A DNA stretch of 64,000 nt. Origin: an uncultured delta proteobacterium. GTDB taxonomy: Bacteria > Myxococcota_A > Polyangia > Polyangiales > Polyangiaceae. The stretch covers positions 704,001 to 768,000 of the forward strand of contig CAWKKR010000007.1 in NCBI GenBank assembly GCA_963850305.1, given 5' to 3'. Numbering within the stretch: the stretch's first letter is position 1; every line of letters starts with the position of its first letter. This document shows, piece by piece, positions 51,642-61,700 of this stretch. Under the pieces are notes generated by a model. That model was not told where the DNA came from and made no database searches. It was given only the letters and a program-made list of their open reading frames with translations. The translations under genes and the position numbers were made by a program.

Positions 51642-52379
51642 ATGCTCGACCAGCGAACGAATGCACGCGGTTTGCCCGAGAAATCTGGCGAACGCGCGTT
51701 CACGCTCGTGGAGATCCTGGTCGTCATCATGCTCGTCGCACTTCTGGCGGGAACCATCATTTCGGGTTCGGGGATGCTCGCGAGTAATCGCCTGCGCTCG
51801 GCGGCGGGACTCATCGTCACCGCCGTGCGCATCGCGATCACGCGCTCGAACACCCAGGGGCGCCCCGTTCGCTTGACCTTCGACATCGATGGCGGACGTC
51901 TGCTGCTGGAGGAGACGACGGGGCGCATGCTCCGCGTCAAGGAGACGTCCGACAGCAAGGCGACGGAGGGCGCGGCGGCCGGTGCGGATCCGGCGACGGC
52001 AGCGGAGCGGGAAGCGACGGAATACGCCGACGGGATCGTGAAGGGCCCGCGCGCGCCGAGGGCAAAGTTCAAGGCGGTCCCCCTCGGCGTCGCGAACGAG
52101 GACGCCGGCAAGGGACGAGCTCTCGGTCGCGGAATTCACTTCCGGATGGTCCAGACGGAACACGATCTCAAGCCGCGCGACTCGGGGCGCGCCTACTTGT
52201 ACTTCTGGCCCGGCGGAGGGACGGAGCGTGCAGTCGTACAACTCGAGCGAACGGGGAGTGACGGTGTGCTGTCGGTCGTGGTGAGCCCGCTCACCGGCCG
52301 CGCCGTGATTCAGCGTGGCGAGGCGGAGCTGCCAGCGCAGCGAAAAGACGAGTCGTTCGGCATGCAGGGAAACCTATGA
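51642..52379 (+). CDS. gspH: Minor pseudopilin H (FimT-like)
   Basis: ERA|FTLVEIL signal; YFWPGG; VSPLTGR; gene order. Confidence 0.8.
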   Translation: MLDQRTNARGLPEKSGERAFTLVEILVVIMLVALLAGTIISGSGMLASNRLRSAAGLIVTAVRIAITRSNTQGRPVRLTFDIDGGRLLLEETTGRMLRVKETSDSKATEGAAAGADPATAAEREATEYADGIVKGPRAPRAKFKAVPLGVANEDAGKGRALGRGIHFRMVQTEHDLKPRDSGRAYLYFWPGGGTERAVVQLERTGSDGVLSVVVSPLTGRAVIQRGEAELPAQRKDESFGMQGNL

Positions 52380-53338
52380 GAGCAGGGACCAGGGGTTTCA
52401 CGCTGCTCGAGGTGCTCGTCGCCATCGCGATTCTCGGGCTCGGGATGACGTCGATCCTTTCGGCCCAGGCCGGGCTCTTCGCGAGTTCGTCTTACGCCGA
52501 GCGAGTCAGTCTCTCGATCGGGATGGTGCGCTGCAAGATGAGCGAGCTCGAGCTGAAGCTCGCGAAGGAAGGGTATCCGCTCATCGACACGAAGGACGAA
52601 GGACCCTGTTGCGGCGACGATCCGGTCCCAGGATACAGTTGCAAATGGAAGATCGAGAAGGTGGAGCTGCCGCCTCCGCCACTCAGCGGTGATCTGTCGA
52701 GCAAGATGAGCTCGCTCGGCAGCGGCTCGGGGCCCGGCGCGCTCGGCTCGCTCGGCGCGATCGCCGCGGTCGGGCAAAGCGGGGGAGCCGTGCTCGGGAA
52801 CGGTGCCGGCATCTCGGACATTTCGCGACTCTTCGCCGGTGAATCGCCTCTCGGCGGCGGGTCCAGTGGATTCGGCACCGCGCCCGGGATCAGCGACCCG
52901 AGTCTCCTGGGGAATGGGTCGCCGTCACCGACAACCGCACCGACGGACTTCGGGAGCACGCCGTTTGGTTCCTCGGCGTTCGGCCAGACCGTGCCAGGCA
53001 CGACCCCGCTCGGCGCCGTGGCCCCTGCTGGCGGTGGCCTTCTGGGTGGAACGACTCCCATGACGAGCGGCACCGGCGCGCTAGCCCCCCTCGTAATGAG
53101 CCTGGTCTATCCGACGCTGAAGCCGATGCTCGAAGCGAGCATCCGCAAGGTGACGGTCACCGTCACGTGGAAAGAAGGCAGAAAGTCGCGGGATCTCGAG
53201 ATCGTGCAGTTCGTCACCAATCCGCAGCAGGGCGGCATCGATCCGAACGCCATGCAAGGCATGGACTCGATCATGGGCATGCTCGGCCCGATGCTCGGCG
53301 GCATGTCGGGCGCCGCGACCGGGGGAACGACCAAATGA
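52376..53338 (+). CDS. gspI: Minor pseudopilin I with long low-complexity insertion
   Basis: TRG|FTLLEVL signal; IRKVTVTVTW C-terminal strand; gene order. Confidence 0.8.
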   Translation: MRAGTRGFTLLEVLVAIAILGLGMTSILSAQAGLFASSSYAERVSLSIGMVRCKMSELELKLAKEGYPLIDTKDEGPCCGDDPVPGYSCKWKIEKVELPPPPLSGDLSSKMSSLGSGSGPGALGSLGAIAAVGQSGGAVLGNGAGISDISRLFAGESPLGGGSSGFGTAPGISDPSLLGNGSPSPTTAPTDFGSTPFGSSAFGQTVPGTTPLGAVAPAGGGLLGGTTPMTSGTGALAPLVMSLVYPTLKPMLEASIRKVTVTVTWKEGRKSRDLEIVQFVTNPQQGGIDPNAMQGMDSIMGMLGPMLGGMSGAATGGTTK

Positions 53339-54057
53339 CTCGTTCTCGCCTCCCACGTCGCGCGCAAAATAGCGGTTTCACGCTCATCGAGCTCCTCATC
53401 GCAACGGGCGTGCTCGCGGCGATCTGCGTCCTCATTTACACGGCGTTCGCCGGCATGCGAAGCAGCAAGGAGGGAGTCGAGCGCATCGACGATCGTTATC
53501 ACGAAGGTCGCGAAGCATTGCGCCGGATCACTCGCGAGCTGTCGAGCGCGTACATCTCTCTTCACCGGCCGCTCGATCCGACCTTGCTCGTGGTGAAGAC
53601 CGAGTTCGTCGGAACACGCGGGTCGCCCGCGGACCGACTCGACTTCAACTCATTCTCGAACCGACGGTTCGACCGGAACTCGCATGAGTCCGATCAGTGC
53701 GAGCTGTCGTATTTCGGATCGCAGGATCCGAACGATTCCGGCGTGACGGATCTGGTCCGCCGCATCAGCGTGCGGCCCGACGCAAAGCCCGACAAGGGTG
53801 GGCGCATCGACGTCATCGCGTCGGATATCGACCTGTTCAAACTCAAGTATCTGGACCCGCTGACGGGCCAGTGGGCGGAGACCTGGGACTCGACGGACAC
53901 GATCACACACACGAACCAGCTGCCCATCTACGTCTGGGTGCGGCTCGTTCTGAACGGCGGACGACGCGGCTTCATCGGACGCGGCCAGGGGACGCTGCGA
54001 TTCGAGACGAAGGTTCCCATCCCCATGTACCAGCCGCTGAGCTTCGCGATCGAATGA
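53335..54057 (+). CDS. gspJ: Minor pseudopilin J
   Basis: ATG at 53335; NSG|FTLIELL; W..TWDS..LP C-terminus. Confidence 0.85.
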   Translation: MTRSRLPRRAQNSGFTLIELLIATGVLAAICVLIYTAFAGMRSSKEGVERIDDRYHEGREALRRITRELSSAYISLHRPLDPTLLVVKTEFVGTRGSPADRLDFNSFSNRRFDRNSHESDQCELSYFGSQDPNDSGVTDLVRRISVRPDAKPDKGGRIDVIASDIDLFKLKYLDPLTGQWAETWDSTDTITHTNQLPIYVWVRLVLNGGRRGFIGRGQGTLRFETKVPIPMYQPLSFAIE

Positions 54058-55580
54058 GATTTTCGCTTCTCAGAGGCGCGCGTTCGACCGGTCCATCCGG
54101 CGCGAAGAGACGTCGCCGGCGGCATACGGAGCGAGGCGTCGCGCTCGTGCTCGTGCTCGGGGCCCTCACGATCCTCGCCGTCATGCTCACCGACTTTCAG
54201 GACGAAACGTCGTCAGAGCTCGGCAGCGCGCTCTCGGCGAGAGACTCGCTCCGCGCCGAGTACGCGGCACGCTCGGCAATTCAGCTCTCGCGACTGCTCA
54301 TCGCTTCCGAGCCGACGATTCGGAAAGGGCTCGCTCCGCTCCTGATGTTGCTCGGCGGCTCGCCTCCTCAGATCCCCGTGTGGCAGTTCGGCGACCAGAT
54401 CCTGGGAGCGTTCAACGACAAAGCCGGCGCCGCCAAGTTCGCGGCACTTGCCGGTGTCGAGATGGACAAGGGGAAGAAGCTGGGCATCGAAGGCGCCGGG
54501 TTCGACATCGACATCATCGACGAGGATTCGAAGATCAATTTGAACGCGGCGTGGAAAGATCCGCTCACTCAGGCGCGGCTGGCTGCCGAGATCATGGGCC
54601 TCATCGGGGGAGCGCAGTTCGATCCACTCTTCACCTCCCGCGATGGCGACGGACAGTATTCCGACCGGTTCACGATCTGCAGCGCCATCATCGACTGGGC
54701 CGATTCGAACCTCGAAGCGATGAACTGCGATCTGCAAAACCAGACGGGTCCGAGCACGGCGCCGGAAGACTCCTTTTATCAGCTCCTCGATCCGCCCTAT
54801 TTTCGGAAGAACGCGCCGTACGACAGCCTCGAAGAGCTCCACATGGTGCGCGGGGTGAGCGACGACTTCTGGGCAAACTTCATCGACCCCGATCCGAACG
54901 ATCCTCGCCGTCGTAACGTGACGGTCTGGGGGTCCGGAAAGATCAACGTCAACACGGCGAACGCGCAGACCATCCTCGCCCTCATCTGCGGCGGCACGAT
55001 CCCGCCCGCCAAGATGTGCATCGACCCGATCGAGGCGATGAAGTTCCTGACCTTCGTGAACGTCATCCGGACGCTGACTCAGGGCGCTCCCATCTTCGGA
55101 ACGCCTCAGTTTTTCCTCGACGCGCTCGCGCAAAAGAACTTCGTCGGTCAGATATTGCAGAAATTCGGACTCGAGCCGATCAACTTCGCCTCGGGGTCCG
55201 AGGCGAAGAAAGCGATCTCTTCGGAGAGCAAGGTCTTCACCTTCATCGCGACGGGCTACGTGAAGACCGGAAAGCGGGAGACCCGCGTGAAGATTGACGC
55301 CGTGGTCGATTTTCGGCAGGCGCCGTCACCCGCTCAGCTGCTTGCCAATCAGGTCGGTACGCAGGGGGCCAAGGCTCTGGGGCTGCCGAATCCGACGGGC
55401 ACTGGCGGCGCGGGCGGGCTCGGGACACCGGCATCGTCGAGCACCAGCGAGTTGCCGTACCCCGGTTTTTCACCCGATGGCCTGCCGGGGGGCTTGCCGC
55501 CTGGCGCCACGACCGACGGCGACATCGTCTTTCTCCTGCCGAACCCGGGCGGCAGAATCGTGTACTTTCGCATCGAGTGA
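54054..55580 (+). CDS. gspK: Minor pseudopilin K
   Basis: ATG at 54054; ERG|VALVLVL (no E5, as is typical); DEDSKINLN; AIIDWAD; KNAPYDSLEELHMVRG; KINVNTA. Confidence 0.9.
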   Translation: MRFSLLRGARSTGPSGAKRRRRRHTERGVALVLVLGALTILAVMLTDFQDETSSELGSALSARDSLRAEYAARSAIQLSRLLIASEPTIRKGLAPLLMLLGGSPPQIPVWQFGDQILGAFNDKAGAAKFAALAGVEMDKGKKLGIEGAGFDIDIIDEDSKINLNAAWKDPLTQARLAAEIMGLIGGAQFDPLFTSRDGDGQYSDRFTICSAIIDWADSNLEAMNCDLQNQTGPSTAPEDSFYQLLDPPYFRKNAPYDSLEELHMVRGVSDDFWANFIDPDPNDPRRRNVTVWGSGKINVNTANAQTILALICGGTIPPAKMCIDPIEAMKFLTFVNVIRTLTQGAPIFGTPQFFLDALAQKNFVGQILQKFGLEPINFASGSEAKKAISSESKVFTFIATGYVKTGKRETRVKIDAVVDFRQAPSPAQLLANQVGTQGAKALGLPNPTGTGGAGGLGTPASSSTSELPYPGFSPDGLPGGLPPGATTDGDIVFLLPNPGGRIVYFRIE

Positions 55581-55589
55581 CGCGTTTGC

Positions 55590-57062
55590 ATGGCGAAGAT
55601 CATCGGCATCGACATTGGTAACCGGTACGTCCGGGCCGTGCTGCTTTCGACGCGCTACCGCAAGGTCGCGCTCGAGTCGCTCACGGAGATCGATCGCGTC
55701 GAAATTCCCGACCTCGACGCGGCGGTGCAGGCGTGCCTCCTGCCCCTTGCGCCGCATAGCGACGCGGTGGCCGTGGCCGTGGACGGCGACATGGCATTCG
55801 TCCACCGGTTGAAGTTGCCGTCGACGGCCATGAAGCAGCTTGCGGCCGTGATCGTCTTCGAGCTCGAGGCACAGGTGCCGGTCGACGTGGACGACCTCGT
55901 TCACGATTTCATTCAACTGCCGCGCGAGAGCTCGGCCGCCCCCGTCGAGTGCCTGACGGCCGCCGTGCGAATCGAGCACGTGAAGCAAAGGATCGACCTC
56001 GTCAAGCGCGCCGTCTCGCACGAGGTGCAGCGCGTCGGCGTCGGCGCGCTTCCACTGGCGAACCTCTCGTCCGTGATCCCGTCCCTTGCCGTGGAGGGGC
56101 CGGTGCTGGTCCTCGAACTCGGCGACGACCGCTCGGAAGTCATCGTACTCGCCTCCGCGTATCCGGTGTACGCACGCACACTCTCCATCGGCGTCTCCGG
56201 TTTGCCCGACTCCGCGCCGGAGCTAGCTGCTCAGCTCAAACAAACGGTGACCGCTGCGTCCCTGCAGGTCGAGCAGCCCGTCGAGGCGATATTTCTGACG
56301 GGCGGCGGCGCTGCTGCCGCCGGAGCCGAAGAGTACCTGGCGGGCGAGCTCGGCATCGCCGTCATGCAGCTTCCGGAGCCGGAGCTCGACGGACTCACGG
56401 AGGAACATCGGCGAGCGCTGCCCCGCTTTGCGCGGGCGCTCGGGCTGGCGCTGGGTCTGCGCGGGCGACCCCGCGACCTCGACCTGCGTCAAGGGCCGCT
56501 CTCGTTCCAGCGTGGGTTTGCGTTCATCAAGGAGAAAGCCCCGGTCCTCGCCGCGCTCGGCGGCACGATTCTCCTGTCCTTCCTGTTCGCGACGTGGGCG
56601 GAGATGCGGTCGCTGAAGCACGATCACGGGCGTCTGTCGAAAGAGCTCGCGTCGCTGTCGAAGGATGCATTCCGTGAAGAATCCGACGATCCGGATCACG
56701 TGCGCGAGTTGCTCGACAGCGCTGCGGCGCGCGCCGAGATCGACCCCATGCCGCACGCTGACGGCTTCGACGTCATGGTAGCGCTATCCAAGGCCGTTCC
56801 AATCACGATCACGCACGACGTGGAAGAACTCGACGTCTCGCGGGATCATACGAAGCTTCGCGGGGTCGTGGGATCCGCGTCCGAGGCGCAGACGATTGCG
56901 GACGCGCTCCAGAAGAACCCATGCTTCACCGACGTGAAGATCACGAAGGTGAGCCAGGTGGTGAACGGCACGCGACAGAAGTACGTCCTCGAGAGTGATC
57001 TGAAGTGCCCGGAGGATGCCGTGGCGAGAAAGAAGGCCGACGCCGAGGAGGGGGAAAAGTGA
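55590..57062 (+). CDS. gspL: Type II secretion protein L (PilM-like actin fold, TM, periplasmic domain)
   Basis: IIGIDIG and LTGGGA actin-like motifs; single TM; position after gspK. Confidence 0.85.
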   Translation: MAKIIGIDIGNRYVRAVLLSTRYRKVALESLTEIDRVEIPDLDAAVQACLLPLAPHSDAVAVAVDGDMAFVHRLKLPSTAMKQLAAVIVFELEAQVPVDVDDLVHDFIQLPRESSAAPVECLTAAVRIEHVKQRIDLVKRAVSHEVQRVGVGALPLANLSSVIPSLAVEGPVLVLELGDDRSEVIVLASAYPVYARTLSIGVSGLPDSAPELAAQLKQTVTAASLQVEQPVEAIFLTGGGAAAAGAEEYLAGELGIAVMQLPEPELDGLTEEHRRALPRFARALGLALGLRGRPRDLDLRQGPLSFQRGFAFIKEKAPVLAALGGTILLSFLFATWAEMRSLKHDHGRLSKELASLSKDAFREESDDPDHVRELLDSAAARAEIDPMPHADGFDVMVALSKAVPITITHDVEELDVSRDHTKLRGVVGSASEAQTIADALQKNPCFTDVKITKVSQVVNGTRQKYVLESDLKCPEDAVARKKADAEEGEK

Positions 57063-57658
57063 ACGCCGCCAGCCTGCGCGAACGGTACGATCAACTCGAG
57101 CCGAGGGAGCAGAAGCTGGCGCTCGGGTTCGTTGGGGTTTTCGCCGTGATCGCGATCGTGATCGGGCCGCTCGCGCTGTCCGCCTCTGTCGCGTCCGAGA
57201 AGAAGGAGAACGAGGCGATCCGAGACGTCATGGCTGCGATCGCTGACGCTCGCCCGTCGCTGGAACAGGAGGAGGCGCAGCGGCAGCGCGTGCTTGCGCG
57301 CTACGCTCGGCGGGCACCGCCTCTGGCCGGCTTTCTCGAGCAGCTCGCGAGCACGCACAACATCGAGATCCCCGAGAGTCAGGATCATCCGCCGGTTCCT
57401 CACCTCAACAAAAAGTACGAGGAGCGGTCCACGAAGATCGAGCTCCAAAAGGTCGGGATGAAGAACCTCGCGCTGTTCCTCGAGGCGATCGAGACGTCGG
57501 GATACCCGGTGCGGATCTCCTCGCTCAACCTTCGAAAGCGCCTCGGAGAAAATGATTCATGGGACGTGTCGCTCAGCGTCTCCGCGTACGACCGGAAGCA
57601 GCCCGAGAAAACGGCGCAGCCCGCGGCGAGCAGTGACGCGCCGGAGGAGCCGAAGTGA
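57059..57658 (+). CDS. gspM: Type II secretion protein M
   Basis: GTG at 57059; LEPREQKL followed by TM and coiled coil. Confidence 0.82.
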   Translation: MNAASLRERYDQLEPREQKLALGFVGVFAVIAIVIGPLALSASVASEKKENEAIRDVMAAIADARPSLEQEEAQRQRVLARYARRAPPLAGFLEQLASTHNIEIPESQDHPPVPHLNKKYEERSTKIELQKVGMKNLALFLEAIETSGYPVRISSLNLRKRLGENDSWDVSLSVSAYDRKQPEKTAQPAASSDAPEEPK

Positions 57659-58734
57659 CGCCGCGCCTCCAGAAGACGTTCGCGTGGGTGGGTTACCCCT
57701 TGTTCTACTTCGCGTGTCTTGTCATCTTTTGTTACGTATGCTTGCCCTGGGATCGTGTGAAGACGGCAATCGTCTCGAGCTTCAACGGATCCTCGGCGAC
57801 GCGGCTCCAGATCGACAAGCTGACGTGGTCGTTTCGTTTCCCAGGCGTCGTGGCCAAGGGCGTGAGGTTTATTGGAGCCACGCCGCCCACCGAAGGTGGC
57901 GCGAAGCCCAAGGCCCCTCCCGAATACGACATGGACGAGATGTACGCCCGCGTTTCCGTGCTCCCATTACTCTGGGGCACGACGAAGCTCGCGTTCTCTC
58001 TGGACGGATTCGGGGGAAATGTCGACGGCGAGGTCAAGTCCGCGCCGGACTCCCGCGACGTCACGCTCGAACTCGACGGCGTCGACGCGGCGAAGACTCC
58101 GTATCTGTCGGACATGCTTGGCGTCCCCGTTGGGGGAACGGTCACCGGCAAGATTGACTTGAAGCTCCCTCAGGGAAAGCTCTCCCTCGCGGACGGAACC
58201 GTGGACCTCGAGATCTCGGACTTCGAGATCGGCGACGGCAAGACCAAGATTCGCGAGATGATCGCACTCCCGAAGGTCAAGGCTGGAACATTTCACTTCA
58301 AGGCGGATGTCACCGAGGGGACGGTCAAGCTCACCGAGCTATCCACGAAGGGACCGGATCTCGATCTCGTGTCCGACGGTCGAATCCGTCTGACGGATAT
58401 CCCACAGACGAGTCTCGTCGAGCTCAACCTTCGTTTCAGATTTTCGGATGCTTACAAGAACAAGGACGACATGACCCGCAGTATCTTCGGAGCTCCCGGA
58501 TCGACCGTCCCAGGCATCTTCGATCTCGATCCGAAGATGAAGCGAGCCAAGCGCGAGGACGGTTTCTATGTCTGGCGGATCTCTGGTCCTCTCGAGCGTC
58601 CGAGCGTGCAGCCCGCCGCGTCGCCGCTGTCCGAGCGTGGCCGCGGGAGACGTTCTCAGCTTCGCGGATTCGCGCCGAGAGGGTTGCGTTCGGCGCCCGC
58701 GGAGACGGAGCCGCCGGAAGCTCCGATGCCTTGA
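57655..58734 (+). CDS. gspN: Type II secretion protein N
   Basis: N-terminal TM ending LPWDRVK; beta-rich AsmA-like body; last gene of operon. Confidence 0.8.
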   Translation: MTPRLQKTFAWVGYPLFYFACLVIFCYVCLPWDRVKTAIVSSFNGSSATRLQIDKLTWSFRFPGVVAKGVRFIGATPPTEGGAKPKAPPEYDMDEMYARVSVLPLLWGTTKLAFSLDGFGGNVDGEVKSAPDSRDVTLELDGVDAAKTPYLSDMLGVPVGGTVTGKIDLKLPQGKLSLADGTVDLEISDFEIGDGKTKIREMIALPKVKAGTFHFKADVTEGTVKLTELSTKGPDLDLVSDGRIRLTDIPQTSLVELNLRFRFSDAYKNKDDMTRSIFGAPGSTVPGIFDLDPKMKRAKREDGFYVWRISGPLERPSVQPAASPLSERGRGRRSQLRGFAPRGLRSAPAETEPPEAPMP

Positions 58735-61700
58735 TCAGACGTCGACGCTGACTTCGAGTCGCGCCCGCAGGCCGAAGTACTGCTCTCCGATGGCGTAGAG
58801 GACGAGGTCCTTCAACCTGGCCTGCGCGTTCAGAGCGCTCGAGCTCTCGTCGGACGCGCGAACGATCTCCACCGCCGTTTCGAGATCGTGGGCGAGGATC
58901 AGCCCGATGCGATCGGCCGTGAGATCTACGCCCTGGATCCAGCGCTTCAAATCGAGGGCCGCGCCGGATTGGATGAGCTTCGAGACGACGCGGGCGAGGT
59001 GATCGCGGAGCTGCGGCGTCAAATGCCGCTCGAGCGCATCGATGGCTTCTCGTACGGCACGCTCGATGTCGGGCGCCATGGGAAACTGCGGAACGTTCAG
59101 CTTGATCGCGGCGAACAGCCAGGAGCGGAGCCCCGTGCCCGACTGAACGAGCTGGCGCGCATAGAACCCCGGCCGGAAATACGCGAGGTGCCGCGCGGCA
59201 ACGAACGCGAGCGCCTGGGACGATGCGTTCGCCGTGAGAGCCGCTGCGCCGAGCGAGATCGCCGGCTCCTCCGCGTGAAAGAAGCCCAGGCCGCCGGGGT
59301 CCCCCGGATTCTCGAAGATGGGCGGCAAAGCGAGGCCCATGACGCCCGCGGCGTAGTGCAGGGTCTGCGTGAGCGGGTAGGGGTGCTGGGTAGGGTCTAC
59401 AGCGGTGCGTGGATCGAGTCCGAGCGCGTCCCAGCTCGAGCCTCGCGAGGCAATGATGGCGGGCTCGATGAGCGCGAACAGGCTGGTCAGCATGGCGTCC
59501 GCGTCCGCATGCATGACGCTCTCGAGCCAGTCGTCCGCGGTCATGACCGAGCGCGCATACGCCGGATCCTCGGAGCGCATGCGCCGGAAAAACCGTTCCT
59601 CGTCCGGCTCGGCAAGCTTCAGGACGTAGAGCGCCTGACACAGGCACCACGCAGGATCCGCCCGCTGCTGATCCGTGTAGAGTTTCCGGAGGAGTTTGTA
59701 GGACTCGACCCGATACGGGTTCTGGCGCAGCATCGCGAGCTGTGCGAGCACCGCCTTCTCCATGTAACGCTCGGGGTAAGCGGCATAGAGCTCGGCGAGT
59801 AGCCTGTTGCGCTCGGCGTTGTCGGGTTCGAGGGTCTGAGCCGCCTCGAGCGCGTCGACGGAATGCCCGATCCGCCCCAGCTTCTCCTTGTAGAGGGGCG
59901 CAAGCTTGTTGAAGGCCTCGAGCATCCGCGCCGTGTCCTTCGCGTCGCTCGCCGCCTTGGCCTTGTCCTTGAGCCGCTCTACGGCTGCGGCGAAGTCGCC
60001 CTTCTCTTCGAGGAGCTCGATGGATTCATCGGCGGATTTGGGATTCCCCGGGTCGAGCGCATTGACTCGATCGTAATACTCGAGCGCGCGATCATAGTCG
60101 CGCATCTCACGGCCCGTGACCATCGCCGCCGTGTGCAGGTACTTGATCTTCTGCTTCGGGTCGTCGACGAAGTCCGCGAGCTTCAACACGACGTCGACGA
60201 GCTTGTGCCAGTCTTTTTCCTCGCTGTAGAGCTGCATCAAGCGCGCGAGAAGCTTTCTGTCGTCGGGCCGCTCGTCGAGGGCGGCAACGAGGCTCTTCGT
60301 CGCGAGCGCGCGGTCCGCGAGCTTGTTCGCGGCGACCTCACCGACCTCGACGAGGAGCGTGAGACGCGTCTCGCCCGACGCGATGTCCAGGTGCCGTGTC
60401 TTCGCGTCGACGACCTTGTCCCAGCTGCCCTTCGCCTCGTGGGCGCTCGCGAGCGCGATCAGTGGCTCCGGATTCGATCGGATCGAGATCGGCCGCCGCC
60501 TCGAGCGACTCCACCGCGAGGTCGAGATCTCCGGCTCGTCTCGCGGCTTCGCCCTCGCGGTACTTCGCGAGGGCCCGTTCCGTCGACGTCAGGGATTCCG
60601 AGAACCTCCCGAGGAGCGTCGTGTACATCTCGCGCGCCCGCGCCGGCGACCCGTGTTCGAACGTGACCTGCGCGACGCGCGAAAGCGCGGACAGCGTCGT
60701 CCGGGGCCAGGATCAGGAGCGCGTCCATTGCCGCCAGGGCCTTCTCCGTGGAGCCGCTCTTCGCGAGACAATCGACGTATCGCTCGAGAGCGTGCACCGC
60801 CGCGTCGTGCCCGAGAGCGTCGACGCGCGCCGCAAGCTTCTCGTAGAACGCGGCTGCCTCGACGAAACGGCTCGAATCGAAGGCGATATCGGCCACGACC
60901 GTCAGCGCGTCGGTGTCCGTCGGGTCTTGATCGAGCGCACGCCTCGCGGCTCGCTCCGCACGCTCGTCGTCCCTGAGTTTGGTCCGGCAGAGTACGGCGA
61001 GCTCCGTCGTGAGCTTGGCGCGCTGCCGGTCGCCCTCGGTGGTGGCGATCTCGCGCTCGAGGAGCTCGACCGCAGCCGTGACGTCCCCGCCCGCGATGTA
61101 CGCAGCGCGCAGCGCAGCGGCGACGCCCGCATCTTGCGGCACGGCGTCGAGGGCCTTCTTGTATCGCTCGATGGCGCGGTCCCGATCGCCTCGGCCTTCC
61201 AGGAGTTTCGCAGCTCGTGTAAGATGTTCGGCCTTCGCTTCGGGCGAGGTCGCTTTCTCGGCGAGCGTCTCGAGCGCGGCGAGCGCCGCGTCTTCGTCGC
61301 CGGAGAGCTCGCGCAACCGAGCCAGCTCGGAGAGGGCCCCCGCATGTTCCGGATCGACCGAGAGAACCCGCTCGTACCCCGCGAGGGCCCGGTCCGTCGA
61401 ACGAATCTCGTCGGCCAGGACCTTGGACGCTGACAGGGAGAGCTCGAGCTTTCGCGTGGCGTCCGACACCAGCGCGATGTGTCGCTCATAGAGCGTGGCG
61501 AGATCCTCCCACCGTGCAAGCGATCGATAATGACGGGCGAGGTTCGTCAGCGAGGCGTCATGGGTCGGATCGAGTTCCAGTACCTGCTCGAGCGCAAAGG
61601 CTGCCTTGGCGTGATCGAGAAACTCTTCGTCGTGAACGCCTGCAACGCGCTCCCACAGGGCAATTTTTTGTCGAGGCGTCGTCGCGATCTGGATCTGCTG

